Positions 43,378-54,083 are shown, counted from the first letter of the stretch. The stretch is DNA of 64,000 nucleotides from an uncultured Pseudomonadota bacterium (GCA_964433525.1 CAYSQT010000005.1:20103-84102), one strand, 5' to 3'. Notes: a model not told the origin generated them from the letters alone. Numbers and translations are program-made.

Positions 43378-44148
43378 ATGAAAATAGGTAAAAACCAGCA
43401 TTGGAGTTTTGTAGTAATTTCTTTTTTAATGGTTACCATATCATACGCAAGTCAACAACAGTTGGTTCAATATCAGTGGCCGAATGGTAAGCCAACTGGA
43501 CCTAATACAGGTCAAGGGCTTCCAGATTTAATCAAATCTACTATGTTTGCGAAGTTAGATGAGAATGGTAATGAAGTTGTTAAAGACGAACAATCACTTG
43601 TTCGTCAGATGAACAGTGATTTCCGTGGTTTTATGTGGGCTACCATAAAGGGTGATTGTAGAAGGATGGATACTGGCAAACAAGAATTATTTGATCATAT
43701 TATTGGTACCTTAGAGCTATTTTCTTATGGCAATATTCATTCTGTTGAAGGTGCTTTAGCTGAAATTAAGTATCTTGATGACAAAGTTATGCCTGCTGTG
43801 GCGTTGGTTACAGAAAAGTTAGGCATAACATATCGTGAATCGCGTGCGTCTGAGAATGGCAAATTTTTATACTTTGAGCAAAGTTGGGGCGACAATTATA
43901 AGAGGATAGTGAAAGGCTGTTATGACGCTCAATCGACACAACAGAATGATCCGGATCTAAACGCAGAAAAACAATTGGAACAATTGTGCCAACAGTCTAA
44001 GCAGCTGCAACAACAACTTAAAATAGCAGAAGATGCATTAAAAAAAAATAAAGATGCGCTTAAAATAATGACTTATATCTCTAGGATAAGTATGGCAATA
44101 GGCATTATTGGATGGTTATGGATCATTGGGACTTTTTTCAAAAAATAA
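43378..44148 (+). CDS. Hypothetical protein with a signal peptide, a Q-rich coiled coil and a C-terminal TM anchor
   Basis: ATG 43378 gives MKIGKNQHWSFVVISFLMVTISYA. The C-terminus is ISMAIGIIGWLWIIGTFFKK. The ORF track starts at GTG 43327. Confidence 0.5.
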   Translation: MKIGKNQHWSFVVISFLMVTISYASQQQLVQYQWPNGKPTGPNTGQGLPDLIKSTMFAKLDENGNEVVKDEQSLVRQMNSDFRGFMWATIKGDCRRMDTGKQELFDHIIGTLELFSYGNIHSVEGALAEIKYLDDKVMPAVALVTEKLGITYRESRASENGKFLYFEQSWGDNYKRIVKGCYDAQSTQQNDPDLNAEKQLEQLCQQSKQLQQQLKIAEDALKKNKDALKIMTYISRISMAIGIIGWLWIIGTFFKK

Positions 44149-44281
44149 TCGTTACAAGCTTGTTGTATAGCCATTTTTGTATTGACCGATCTAGGATTAT
44201 GGGCTACCTTAGAAGAAAGAGCCCCACTCTAAAAGAAATAAATTTACAAAATAGTTTTTTTGTTCACAAGGATTATATTTT

Positions 44282-44740
44282 ATGAGTATGAATAAAGCGT
44301 TTTATCCACGCAAAGAAGATGTTGTAGCAAATTGGTGTCACATTGATGCAGAAGGTAAAGTGCTTGGGCGTCTTGCTACTTTTGTAGCTGATAGATTGCG
44401 CGGTAAAGACAAACCTCATTATACCCCACACACTGATTGTGGCGATTATGTAGTTATTACAAATGCTGACAAGATTGTTCTTTCCGGTGACAAATGGGAA
44501 GACAAAGAGTACGTGAAGGTAACTGGCTGGATTGGCGGAAAACAAGAAATTGCAGCAAAAGACCTTCATGCTAAGCATCCAACACGTTTAATTGAGCTTG
44601 CAGTAAGACGTATGCTTCCTAAAAACAGATTAAGCCGCCAGATGATTAAAAAATTAAAAGTGTATGCTGGCGCAGAGCATCCTCACGTTGCACAGAACCC
44701 TACAGTTGTAGAGTTAGAGATACAAAAGCCACGCGGATAA
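44282..44740 (+). CDS. rplM: 50S ribosomal protein L13
   Basis: 152 aa. WCHIDAEGKVLGRLATFVADRLRGK and YTPHTDCGDYVVITNA. Confidence 0.93.
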   Translation: MSMNKAFYPRKEDVVANWCHIDAEGKVLGRLATFVADRLRGKDKPHYTPHTDCGDYVVITNADKIVLSGDKWEDKEYVKVTGWIGGKQEIAAKDLHAKHPTRLIELAVRRMLPKNRLSRQMIKKLKVYAGAEHPHVAQNPTVVELEIQKPRG

Positions 44741-44755
44741 GTTTTAAAAAAATAA

Positions 44756-44797
44756 AAAAAGGCCTTATGCATAATTAAATGTGTAAGGCCTTTTTTT
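44756..44797. terminator. Bidirectional rho-independent terminator
   Basis: AAAAAGGCCTTA (44756-44767) pairs with TAAGGCCTTTTT (44784-44795). It sits between the convergent rplM and rseP. Confidence 0.8.
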
Positions 44798-44830
44798 ATT
44801 GTTTTTTAGCTACAATAGAATCCCTCTATG

Positions 44831-45970
44831 TTATAATCCAAGCTTACTTAAAATTGGCGCAATATACGGTGCAACAAGGCGAAAAATATCTTTTGCGCTG
44901 AGATACAAGAAGAGAATAATAAACATAATCCATGTCGCAATATGAATATACTCTCGCACTTTAATAGGCAATGATCGCCCAATAAGTGCTTCTATTGAAT
45001 AAAAAAGAATTTGTCCGCCATCAAGGATAGGTAGTGGAATAAGGTTTAGTACAGCTAAGTTGATGCTGATGATAGCAAGCAAAAGAAGAAATATTTTGAT
45101 GCCAGTTGATGCAGCTTTGGTTGTCATTGCAACAATCATGACAGGACCAGCAATTTCACTACGCATCTTTTTAATTTGAGTGAATCCTAGCATAGTGTTT
45201 TTAATCCAGGTATTTGTCATAGCGATACCCTGCTTTATGGCGTCGACAAATGAGTGAGGAGGTGTTTCTGCTGCATAAAATTCAACACCAAGAACACCAA
45301 TAGATGTGCCATTAATTGTTCTTTCTCCCAAAACAATCTGTTTTTCTAACATATTACCATCTCGTTCAATGGTAAAAGTTGCTTCTTTGAGGGCAAGAGG
45401 CGCAAGGAGAGTTTGTAACTTTTGAATGCTTTCCTCTATTGGTTCATTTTGTATGGCAATGATTTTATCGCCGACAATCAGACCATACTTTTCAGCAGGC
45501 GATTCTTGTTGGATGGTTCCGACAACAGGCTTTTGTATGAGTGGTGTTTTGGGGATTCCGGTCATAAAGAGCGCAATGAAAGTGAAATAAGCGAATATAA
45601 GATTAAAGAGAATTCCGCCAAGCATAACGCATAATTTTTGATAAAAAGGCTTTGAGGCGAACGAGTGTTCATCTGTTGCAAGGGCATCTTTTTGTTCACC
45701 TTGTCCAACTTCAGCTGCTCCTGCAATTTCTACATAACCACCAAGAGGTATTGCAGAAAGACTAAATTCAGTGTCGCCTATTTTTTTGCTTATCAGTTTT
45801 GGGCCAAATCCAATGGAGAATGACGGAGTTCGTATGCTGAAAACCTTGGCGAATAAAAAATGTCCCAATTCATGAAAGCCGATAAGAAAACCCATGCCAA
45901 AGCATCCAATTAGAATAAAAAAAATATTTTGAAAAAGGGTTGCTGCGTGTGAAAATAGTACTGAGGACAT
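44831..45970 (-). CDS. rseP: RIP metalloprotease RseP (M50 site-2 protease)
   Basis: 379 aa. HELGHFLFAK (HExxH), a central PDZ-like region, and NLIPLPILDGG. Confidence 0.9.
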   Translation of the reverse strand: MSSVLFSHAATLFQNIFFILIGCFGMGFLIGFHELGHFLFAKVFSIRTPSFSIGFGPKLISKKIGDTEFSLSAIPLGGYVEIAGAAEVGQGEQKDALATDEHSFASKPFYQKLCVMLGGILFNLIFAYFTFIALFMTGIPKTPLIQKPVVGTIQQESPAEKYGLIVGDKIIAIQNEPIEESIQKLQTLLAPLALKEATFTIERDGNMLEKQIVLGERTINGTSIGVLGVEFYAAETPPHSFVDAIKQGIAMTNTWIKNTMLGFTQIKKMRSEIAGPVMIVAMTTKAASTGIKIFLLLLAIISINLAVLNLIPLPILDGGQILFYSIEALIGRSLPIKVREYIHIATWIMFIILFLYLSAKDIFRLVAPYIAPILSKLGL

Positions 45971-46168
45971 AGGGGCTCCTTGTTAAAAAAATGAGTAAAA
46001 AAAGTAATTTTTTTTGCTAAGATTGCAGAAATAAGGTATCATTATTACTATCATAAGTCTATGGCCTATGTAACCTTTATACGCTATTTTGCTGAATCAT
46101 AAACGACATTCTACCCCCGAGATAACCTTTAAATCAGTCTTTTTTGAGAATGGGCATTAATTATTTTC

Positions 46169-46196
46169 TTGAAAAAATTTACAAAGAAGGTAAAAT
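46169..46196 (+). promoter_or_regulatory. Candidate sigma70-type promoter for the str operon
   Basis: TTGAAA (46169-46174), a 16-nt spacer, then TAAAAT (46191-46196). This lies about 110 nt upstream of rpsL. AT-rich DNA makes chance matches likely. Confidence 0.3.
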
Positions 46197-46305
46197 AGCA
46201 ATTAGTCAACTTAACCAGCTGAAGTGCTGCGTCGGATTAAAGTTGCGATTATATAATAATAAAGATTTTTATAATTTATAACGTGTAACATGAGGATTTG
46301 TATAC

Positions 46306-46698
46306 ATGCCAACGATTAATCAATTGTGTCGATTTGGTAGAAGCAAAATTAAAGCAAGGCCTAAAAGCCCTGCGTTACGCAGAAGCCTTTTTCTTAAAGG
46401 GCCTTTTGCAAAGGGTACGTGTACCCGTGTTCTTACTACCACTCCAAAAAAACCTAACTCTGCACTTCGAAAAATTGCTCGTGTTAAATTGACAACGGGG
46501 TTTGAAGTAACTGCGTATATACCCGGTGAAGGCCATAACTTGCAGGAGCATAGTGTTGTGCTTGTGCGAGGTGGGCGTGTTAAAGATTTACCAGGCGTTA
46601 AGTACCATATCGTGAGAGGCGCACTTGATTGCGCAGGTGTTGACAAGAGAAGACAAGGAAGATCGCTTTATGGTGCAAAGCGTCCAAAGAAACAGTAA
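46306..46698 (+). CDS. rpsL: 30S ribosomal protein S12
   Basis: MPTINQL...KKPNSALRK... Confidence 0.97.
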   Translation: MPTINQLCRFGRSKIKARPKSPALRRSLFLKGPFAKGTCTRVLTTTPKKPNSALRKIARVKLTTGFEVTAYIPGEGHNLQEHSVVLVRGGRVKDLPGVKYHIVRGALDCAGVDKRRQGRSLYGAKRPKKQ

Positions 46699-46709
46699 GG
46701 AATTAAAAC

Positions 46710-47192
46710 ATGCCAAGGCGTAGAAAAGTAGAATATATAAGAGAGGTTGGAGTTGATCCAAAATTTGGGTCAGCGCTGGTTCAAAAATTGATTAATGTTG
46801 TCATGAAATGTGGCAAAAAAGATATTGCACGATCCATTGTGTATGAAGCAATGGAGCAGTTGGTGAAAAAAACAAATGGTGATGAGAAAAAAGCGCTTGA
46901 GCTTTTTAACAGAGCATTTGAGCAAGTGGCGCCATTTATTGAAGTGCGTTCCCGTCGTGTTGGGGGTAGTACTTATCAAATTCCTCGTGAAGTGAGCGAC
47001 AAAAGAAGAAGAGCGCTTGCGTTCCGTTGGTTAGTATCTGCAGCAAGGTTAAGATCCGACAAGACTATGGGGTTGCGTTTAGGGCGAGAGCTTTTGGATG
47101 CATATGAGCTAAAAGGTGGAGCTGTCAAAAAAAGAACTGATGTGCAACGTATGGCGGATGCTAATCGTGCGTTCTCTCATTATGCATGGTAA
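46710..47192 (+). CDS. rpsG: 30S ribosomal protein S7
   Basis: MPRRRKV...[14 protein letters not shown]...AFSHYAW. Confidence 0.97.
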   Translation: MPRRRKVEYIREVGVDPKFGSALVQKLINVVMKCGKKDIARSIVYEAMEQLVKKTNGDEKKALELFNRAFEQVAPFIEVRSRRVGGSTYQIPREVSDKRRRALAFRWLVSAARLRSDKTMGLRLGRELLDAYELKGGAVKKRTDVQRMADANRAFSHYAW

Positions 47193-47204
47193 GGTGGGAA
47201 CGTT

Positions 47205-49286
47205 ATGTCAACTAAACAATATCCTTTAGAAAAATATAGAAATATAGGGATTGCTGCCCATATTGATGCAGGAAAAACAACAGTTACTGAACGTATTTTG
47301 TTTTACACGGGCGTTTCTCATAAAATTGGAGAAGTGCACGAAGGTGAAGCAACTATGGATTGGATGGAGCAAGAGCAGGAGCGTGGTATTACCATAACGT
47401 CTGCAGCGACAACCAGTTTTTGGAAAGATCATCAGATTAATATTATTGACACCCCTGGGCATATTGATTTTACCATTGAGGTGGAAAGATCATTGCGTGT
47501 TCTTGATGGTGTTGTTGCTGTTTTTTCTGGCGTTGAAGGTGTTCAGCCTCAATCTGAAACAGTATGGAAACAGGCAAATCGTTACAAAGTCCCTCGCATT
47601 GTTTTTGTTAATAAATTAGATCGTATTGGTGCTGATTACTTACGCACTGTCCAAAATATTAAAGCAAAATTGGGTGCCAATGTTGTTGCAATGCAAATGC
47701 AAGTTGGCATGTCTGAAGATTTTGAATCTATTATTGATCTTTTGACTCGAAAAATGGCGACATTTAAGGGTGAAAATGGTGAAACAATAGATTGGGTTGA
47801 CGTTCCAAGTGAATACGTTAACCAAATGGAAGAGTTGCGTGCAAAAATTGTTGAATCAGCATGTGATTTTGATGAAAAATTAGCGGACAAATATTTGAAT
47901 GAAGAAGAAATTTCTGTTCAGGAAATTAAAGCGGCAATCCGTAAAGGGGTTGTTGAGTTAAAAGTTGTTCCGGTGTTCTGTGGTACTGCTTTTAAAAATA
48001 AGGGAGTTCAACTGCTGCTTGATGGTGTTATTGATTACTTGCCATCTCCGCTTGATATTCCTGCCATAGAAGGAACAAACACTGATACTGGCGCAAAATT
48101 TCCTATCTCAGCAGATCCTAATGGACCATTTTATGGTCTCGTTTTTAAAATTATGTCAGATCCTTTTGTGGGTGTTCTGAACTTTGTTCGTGTTTATTCT
48201 GGTGAATTGAAGTCTGGTTCTTATGTGTACAGTGTTCGCACTGGAGAAAAAGAACGCGTCAGTCGTTTGCTAAAAATGCATGCCAACAAGCGTGAAGAAA
48301 TCTCTTCTGTAAAAGCGGGAGATATTGTTGCTGTTGTTGGTATTAAAGACGCTCAAACCGGAGATACTCTTTGTATAGATAAAGCGCCAGTTGTGCTTGA
48401 GTCTATTACTATTCCAACTCCTGTTATTTCAACGTCTGTTGAGCCAAAAGCTAAAGCAGATTATGAAAAAATGACGTTAGCATTACGTAAAATGATGCAA
48501 GAAGACCCTTCTTTCAGATTTTCTTACAATGAAGAAACAGGGCAGACGGAAATCTCTGGCATGGGTGAATTGCATTTGGAAATTGTAGTTGACCGTTTGC
48601 GTAGAGAACATAAAGTAGAAGTTACTCAAGGTAAACTGCAAGTTGCATACAGAGAAACCATTCAAAAATTTGCAGAATCTGAAGGTAAATTTGTTCGACA
48701 ATCTGGTGGTCGTGGTCAATATGGTCACGTTTGGATGAAAGTTGAGCCTTTGGAGCGTGGCAAAGGTTTTGAATTTGTTAACGCTGTTGTGGGTGGAGCT
48801 ATTCCGCGTGAATTTATTCCAGCTGTTGAAAAAGGTGTCAAAGAAACGTTGTCTGCAGGTGCGCTTGGAGGATATCCTGTTGTTGACGTGAAGGCAACTT
48901 TATATGATGGATCATATCATGATGTTGACTCTTCTGAAATAGCATTTAAGGTTGCTGCGTCTATGGCATTTAAGGCCGCATCACTCAAAGGTTCGCCAGT
49001 GTTGCTGGAGCCGGTGATGTCCGTTAATGTTTATACTCCTGATGAAAATATTGGGGACGTTATTGGTGATATTAACTCAAGACGTGGTAGAATTTTGGAT
49101 TCCAAATCAGAGTTTAACCAGCAAATTATCAGTGCAGAAGTGCCGCTTGGTGAAATGTTTGGTTATTCAACGCAACTTCGAGCTATGACTAAGGGGCGAG
49201 CTAGTTATGACATGGAATTTTTATGTTATAGAGAAGTTCCTAAGAGCGTACAAGAAGCAATTGTAACAAAAAATAAAAAAGAATAA
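47205..49286 (+). CDS. fusA: Elongation factor G
   Basis: 693 aa. [17 protein letters not shown] and NKLDR. Confidence 0.97.
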   Translation: MSTKQYPLEKYRNIGIAAHIDAGKTTVTERILFYTGVSHKIGEVHEGEATMDWMEQEQERGITITSAATTSFWKDHQINIIDTPGHIDFTIEVERSLRVLDGVVAVFSGVEGVQPQSETVWKQANRYKVPRIVFVNKLDRIGADYLRTVQNIKAKLGANVVAMQMQVGMSEDFESIIDLLTRKMATFKGENGETIDWVDVPSEYVNQMEELRAKIVESACDFDEKLADKYLNEEEISVQEIKAAIRKGVVELKVVPVFCGTAFKNKGVQLLLDGVIDYLPSPLDIPAIEGTNTDTGAKFPISADPNGPFYGLVFKIMSDPFVGVLNFVRVYSGELKSGSYVYSVRTGEKERVSRLLKMHANKREEISSVKAGDIVAVVGIKDAQTGDTLCIDKAPVVLESITIPTPVISTSVEPKAKADYEKMTLALRKMMQEDPSFRFSYNEETGQTEISGMGELHLEIVVDRLRREHKVEVTQGKLQVAYRETIQKFAESEGKFVRQSGGRGQYGHVWMKVEPLERGKGFEFVNAVVGGAIPREFIPAVEKGVKETLSAGALGGYPVVDVKATLYDGSYHDVDSSEIAFKVAASMAFKAASLKGSPVLLEPVMSVNVYTPDENIGDVIGDINSRRGRILDSKSEFNQQIISAEVPLGEMFGYSTQLRAMTKGRASYDMEFLCYREVPKSVQEAIVTKNKKE

Positions 49287-49313
49287 TTTTTGTCAATCAT
49301 AGGAGTATAAACA

Positions 49314-50504
49314 ATGGCAAAAGATGTATTTCAGCGCGGTAAACCGCATATAAATGTTGGTACCATTGGTCACGTTGATCATGGTAAAACAACGTTAACT
49401 GCGGCAATTACAACCGTTTTGTCAAAAAAAGGTTATGCGCAAGCGCGTGCGTTTGATGAAATTGATAATGCACCAGAAGAAAGAGAACGTGGTATTACTA
49501 TTTCAACATCGCATGTTGAGTATGAATCAGATAAGCGTCACTATGCACACATTGACTGTCCTGGGCATGCTGATTATGTAAAAAACATGATTACCGGTGC
49601 TGCTCAGATGGATGGTGCTATTCTTGTAGTATCCGCTGCTGACGGTGCAATGCCTCAAACACGTGAACACATTGTATTGGCAAAAAACGTTAACGTACCA
49701 GCGCTTGTTGTGTTTCTTAACAAGGTTGATATGGTTGATGACCCTGAGATGGTTGATATGGTTGAAGAAGAAATTCGCGATCTTCTCAAAAAATATGATT
49801 TTCCTGGTGATGATATTCCTGTCATTAGAGGTTCTGCTCTTAAGGCTCTTGAAGGTGAAGATAGCGAGTTAGGTGTTCAGTCTATTATGCGCCTTGTTGA
49901 TGCATTAGATAACTATATACCAGAACCTGCTCGTGAAATCGAAAAACCATTCTTAATGCCAGTTGAAGGTGTTTTCTCTATTGCTGGTCGTGGTACTGTT
50001 GCAACAGGACGTATTGAAACAGGAAAAGTTAAAGTTGGTGAAGAAGTTGAAATAGTTGGGTTTAACGACACAGTAAAAACAACGGTCACTGGCGTAGAAA
50101 TGTTTAGAAAAATATTGAATGAAGGTTTAGCTGGCGATAACGTTGGTCTTCTTCTTCGTGGTGTTAAAAAAGAAGATATCGAACGTGGAATGGTTATTTC
50201 AAAACCAGGTAGCATTAAACCGCATAAAAAATTCCGTTGCAAAGTATATATTCTGTCAAAAGAAGAAGGCGGAAGACATAGTGCATTCTTGACTGGTTAT
50301 CGTCCGCAATTCTATTTCAGAACAACAGACGTTACCGGTATCGTATCATTGCCAGAAGGACGTGATATGGTTATGCCTGGTGATACCGTTGAGCTTACCG
50401 TTGAATTGATTTCAAAAATCGCAATGGATAAAGATCTTCGTTTTGCTATTCGTGAAGGTGGAAGAACAGTTGGTTCCGGTGTTATAACAGAAATTCTTGA
50501 TTAA
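49314..50504 (+). CDS. tuf: Elongation factor Tu
   Basis: 396 aa. [17 protein letters not shown] and NKVD. Confidence 0.98.
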   Translation: MAKDVFQRGKPHINVGTIGHVDHGKTTLTAAITTVLSKKGYAQARAFDEIDNAPEERERGITISTSHVEYESDKRHYAHIDCPGHADYVKNMITGAAQMDGAILVVSAADGAMPQTREHIVLAKNVNVPALVVFLNKVDMVDDPEMVDMVEEEIRDLLKKYDFPGDDIPVIRGSALKALEGEDSELGVQSIMRLVDALDNYIPEPAREIEKPFLMPVEGVFSIAGRGTVATGRIETGKVKVGEEVEIVGFNDTVKTTVTGVEMFRKILNEGLAGDNVGLLLRGVKKEDIERGMVISKPGSIKPHKKFRCKVYILSKEEGGRHSAFLTGYRPQFYFRTTDVTGIVSLPEGRDMVMPGDTVELTVELISKIAMDKDLRFAIREGGRTVGSGVITEILD

Positions 50505-50518
50505 ATATTGGATGATCG

Positions 50519-50833
50519 ATGAAAAAGCAAAGTATTAGACTGAAGTTACGATCATACGATCATCGTTTATTGGATAAGGCAGTCAAACAAATAGTGTTGA
50601 CTGCTATGAGAACAGGAGCTCCTCTTATGGGGCCTGTTCCTCTTCCGAACAAAAGACGATGTTTTACAGTGTTACGATCACCTCATATCGATAAAAAATC
50701 TCGTGAACAGTTTGAGTTGACTACACATAAGCGTGTTTTAGATATTATTTCTCCATCTGACAAAACAATGGATGCGCTTATGAAGTTGAATATTTCCTCT
50801 GGTGTAGACGTTGAGATTGTAAGCAAGAATTAA
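50519..50833 (+). CDS. rpsJ: 30S ribosomal protein S10
   Basis: [14 protein letters not shown]...[13 protein letters not shown]. Confidence 0.96.
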   Translation: MKKQSIRLKLRSYDHRLLDKAVKQIVLTAMRTGAPLMGPVPLPNKRRCFTVLRSPHIDKKSREQFELTTHKRVLDIISPSDKTMDALMKLNISSGVDVEIVSKN

Positions 50834-50853
50834 ACAAGAGGAAGGACGTTTGC

Positions 50854-51492
50854 ATGAGTCAAAAAATAACAGGTATATGGGGTCGTAAGATTGGTATGAC
50901 GCAACTGTTTGTCAATGATAAAGTAGTTCCCGTAACTGCTATAGATATTGCAGATTGGCGTGTGACTAATATTAAGACTCAAGAACGAGATGGATACAAT
51001 GCTCTTCAAGTGGGCTTAGTGAAAGATCGTTACAAAAATGTAGCATATAATAAAGATTGGATTAAAAAGCCACTTGTTTATTATAGTTTTATTCGAGAAA
51101 TTCCTTTCAATTCAACAATAACAGTACAAATTGGTGAACAAATTAATTTTTCAACAATTATGCAACTTGGTGAGTTGGTAGATGTGTCTGGAACAACGAT
51201 AGGTAAATCATTTGCAGGTGTTGTTAAGCGCTGGCGATTTGCAGGTCCACCTGCAAGTCATGGTTCAACTATGGGTAATCGTCCAGGGTCAATTGGTTCT
51301 TTGGTTAAGAGCGGTTATGTTGCCAAGGGGAAAAAACTTCCTGGTCACATGGGTTGTGATAGCCGAATGATGAGGAATCTTGAAGTTGTAATGGTTAAGG
51401 AAGATACAAGAACCTTATTAGTAAAAGGCTCAATTCCTGGTAAAACAGGTAATTTAGTTTTTGTACGCAGAGCGCAGGTAGACAATGAATAA
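50854..51492 (+). CDS. rplC: 50S ribosomal protein L3
   Basis: 212 aa. GIWGRKIGMTQLF and operon position. Confidence 0.95.
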   Translation: MSQKITGIWGRKIGMTQLFVNDKVVPVTAIDIADWRVTNIKTQERDGYNALQVGLVKDRYKNVAYNKDWIKKPLVYYSFIREIPFNSTITVQIGEQINFSTIMQLGELVDVSGTTIGKSFAGVVKRWRFAGPPASHGSTMGNRPGSIGSLVKSGYVAKGKKLPGHMGCDSRMMRNLEVVMVKEDTRTLLVKGSIPGKTGNLVFVRRAQVDNE

Positions 51493-52138
51493 AAAAACAA
51501 CTACCAATAATTCTACTGTACCTATGGTGCAGCCTGTTTTAGCGCACGATATACAGTTTGATGTTGATTCTTTTGAAAAAGCATCAAAATCATTATTTTC
51601 AACATCGGTTCGTGTGCTTGCAAAAAATTGGCAGCAAGGAACTGTTGCATGTCAGGGGCGTTCTGATGTGTCCAAAACAAATAAAAAGCCGTGGAAGCAA
51701 AAAGGAACAGGCCGAGCGCGTGCTGGCTCTGCGCGTTCTCCATTGTGGAAAGGTGGCGGTGTCATTTTTGGACCTCAGGAACGGGTACGTACGTTGAAAA
51801 TGCCTAAAAAAGCTCGTCAAAAAGTTATGGCAACGCTTTTGGTAGATTATCTTGCTGCAAAAAATGTTATTTGCGCAGATTGGTCAACTACGAGTGAACA
51901 ACCAAAAACATCAGATGCAAAAAAATTCTTAAATGCGGCTGGGCTAGAGCATAGAAAAGTGCTTCTTTTTGTTGCTCCGTATGATTTCCATCTTGCTTTG
52001 TCATTTGCAAATATTTCAAATGTGCATCCAGTATCATTTGATCAAGCTAATGCATATGATTTGGCAAATAGTGATTGCTGGTTGTTCTTGAAAAAAGATA
52101 TGGATCACTTTAAAGGAATGGTTGAGCAATGGCTTTAA
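51485..52138 (+). CDS. rplD: 50S ribosomal protein L4
   Basis: 217 aa. KPWKQKGTGRARAGS..SPLWKGGG. Confidence 0.95.
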   Translation: MNKKTTTNNSTVPMVQPVLAHDIQFDVDSFEKASKSLFSTSVRVLAKNWQQGTVACQGRSDVSKTNKKPWKQKGTGRARAGSARSPLWKGGGVIFGPQERVRTLKMPKKARQKVMATLLVDYLAAKNVICADWSTTSEQPKTSDAKKFLNAAGLEHRKVLLFVAPYDFHLALSFANISNVHPVSFDQANAYDLANSDCWLFLKKDMDHFKGMVEQWL

Positions 52139-52446
52139 ATTTAACTATTTTTGATGTTATTAGAGGGGCGGTCGTAACCGAAAAGGCGAATCATTTAAAC
52201 CAAAAATTAAAAAAATTGGTTTTAAATGTTCATCCTCAAGCAAATAAAACACAAATCAAAGAAGCGATGCAGCGTATATTTAGTGTTAAAGTCGACAAAG
52301 TTAATACATTGCGACGTAAGGGTAAAACGCGCCGAGTTCGTCGTACCTTTATAGAAGGAACAACAACAAAGCGTGTCATTGTAACTCTTAAAGAGGGTTA
52401 CTCTCTTGATTTATTTGGACAACAAAATACGTCTGTTCCATCTTAA
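52129..52446 (+). CDS. rplW: 50S ribosomal protein L23
   Basis: 105 aa. Operon position and VHPQANKTQIKEA...FSVKVDKVNT. Confidence 0.93.
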   Translation: MALNLTIFDVIRGAVVTEKANHLNQKLKKLVLNVHPQANKTQIKEAMQRIFSVKVDKVNTLRRKGKTRRVRRTFIEGTTTKRVIVTLKEGYSLDLFGQQNTSVPS

Positions 52447-52497
52447 TGATATGCGTGTTGATTTTAGTTTTTTAATGAGAAAGAAATAGAGGCTCCA

Positions 52498-53325
52498 ATG
52501 GCCATAATAAAAAGAAAACCGCGCAGCGCAGCATTACGATTTCAGTCGTTTGTTGATTCTAGTGATATAACAACAAAAAAACCACATCCTTCTTTGGTTG
52601 TAGGGGCTATTAAAAAGTCCGGTGGACGTAATTCTTATGGTAGAATTACTATGCGACATAGAGGCGGTGGCGCAGATAAGAGATATCGTATCATTGATTT
52701 TAAAAATGTAGAACGCAATGTTGCAGGTAAAATTGTTACCGTTGAGTATGATCCAAACAGAAACGTTCGCATTATGCTTGTTTCTTATGCAAACGGTGCA
52801 AAACATTATCGTTTGAAGCCTGAAGGCGTTAAGGTAGGAGATATTATATTTGCCGGTGAATCAGCTGATGCAAAAACTGGTAGCTCGATGCCGTTAAAAA
52901 ATGTTCCCGATGGTTATGTGGTTCATAATATAGAAATTCGTCCTGGATCAGGCGGAACATTTGCACGTAGCGCAGGATCATCTGCTCAAATAGTTGGAAA
53001 AACTGATGGTCTTGTAACGTTAAAAATGCCTTCTGGTGAAGTAAGAATGGTTCTTGATTCGTGTTGGGCGACAGTTGGACAACTTGGTAATGCGGATTAT
53101 AAGAATATTTCTTGGGGAAAAGCAGGACGTACTCGACACCGAGGTTTTAGGCCTTCTGTTCGTGGTATGGCGATGAATCCCGTTGATCACCCTCACGGTG
53201 GTGGTGAAGGTCGATCAAAATCAGGTTCTCATCCAGTGACTCCGTGGGGTAAGGGGTGTAAAGGAACTCGTACCAGAAAAGTAAGAAGAGTTAATCCTCT
53301 GATTATCAAGAGAAGAAAAGTATAA
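52498..53325 (+). CDS. rplB: 50S ribosomal protein L2
   Basis: 275 aa. RGMAMNPVDHPHGGGEG. Confidence 0.97.
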   Translation: MAIIKRKPRSAALRFQSFVDSSDITTKKPHPSLVVGAIKKSGGRNSYGRITMRHRGGGADKRYRIIDFKNVERNVAGKIVTVEYDPNRNVRIMLVSYANGAKHYRLKPEGVKVGDIIFAGESADAKTGSSMPLKNVPDGYVVHNIEIRPGSGGTFARSAGSSAQIVGKTDGLVTLKMPSGEVRMVLDSCWATVGQLGNADYKNISWGKAGRTRHRGFRPSVRGMAMNPVDHPHGGGEGRSKSGSHPVTPWGKGCKGTRTRKVRRVNPLIIKRRKV

Positions 53326-53352
53326 AAGAGTACGATTTTAACGAGGTAAAAT

Positions 53353-53634
53353 ATGGCACGTTCTGCAAAGAAAGGCCCGTACGTACAAGATTCGCTAGCA
53401 CAAAAAGTTGAGAAGATGAAAGCTGGTGGTAAGCGTGAGGCTATTAAGACATGGTCTCGTAGAAGTCTTATTACACCAGATTTTGTTGGATTGACTTTTT
53501 CTGTTCATAACGGTAAAAAATTTGTCTCAGTTTTTGTAACTGAAAATATGGTGGGGCACCGCTTGGGAGAATTTTCGCCAACAAGAACGTTTAAGTTGCA
53601 TAGTGGTCAACGTAAGGCCGGAATGACTTCTTAA
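53353..53634 (+). CDS. rpsS: 30S ribosomal protein S19
   Basis: [11 protein letters not shown]...[20 protein letters not shown]. Confidence 0.97.
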   Translation: MARSAKKGPYVQDSLAQKVEKMKAGGKREAIKTWSRRSLITPDFVGLTFSVHNGKKFVSVFVTENMVGHRLGEFSPTRTFKLHSGQRKAGMTS

Positions 53635-53732
53635 TAAATGCAAAGTTGTCATGCGGTTATCTTTACGATAGAATAAGAATAAGATTCAATAATATAAGTA
53701 AAGAATCTTAAAGTAATTATTGAGGTTTAGCG

Positions 53733-54080
53733 ATGCGATTTAGCGCAAAAGTTTTATTTTTACCTATTTCTCCATTTAAGTTACGCCCCCTTATTGATGT
53801 GGTGCGTGGCAAAAATGTTGAGCAGGCAATCAAATGGCTTTCTACGGTAACAGTAAAAAAGTCAATTCCTATAAAAAAAATGATTGAATCGGCAGCAGCC
53901 AATGCGAAATATCTTAAGAATATTGATGGTAATGCATTGAAAATTAGTGATATACGCATTGATCATGGCCCTATGTATAAATATTTTAAGCCTGGAGCAA
54001 TGGGGCGTTCAAATATTTACAGGAAAAGATTTAGTCATGCGAGTGTTGTATTGGAACCTTTTGCAAAGAAAAAGGATTAA
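53733..54080 (+). CDS. rplV: 50S ribosomal protein L22
   Basis: 115 aa. ISPFKLRPLIDVVRGKNVEQA and operon position. Confidence 0.93.
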   Translation: MRFSAKVLFLPISPFKLRPLIDVVRGKNVEQAIKWLSTVTVKKSIPIKKMIESAAANAKYLKNIDGNALKISDIRIDHGPMYKYFKPGAMGRSNIYRKRFSHASVVLEPFAKKKD

Positions 54081-54083
54081 AAC

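Noticed and set aside
45971-46305. The largest intergenic region (335 nt), examined as a possible small RNA, tRNA or riboswitch upstream of rpsL.
   Set aside because: I saw no cloverleaf, no extended conserved-looking helices and no terminator-like hairpin. It most likely contains divergent promoters. Only a weak -35/-10 candidate is reported.
46320-46646. Antisense or alternative-frame ORFs overlapping strongly supported genes. Examples are 46320-46646 opposite rpsL, 49913-50242 opposite tuf, 59966-60352 opposite secY, 39419-39724 and 41987-42208 opposite the fibre gene, and 22916-23272 opposite hflX.
   Set aside because: They lie entirely inside genes with clear homology-type signatures. 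They have no RBS or recognisable motifs, and their composition is low-complexity or mirror-like, as expected for shadow ORFs.
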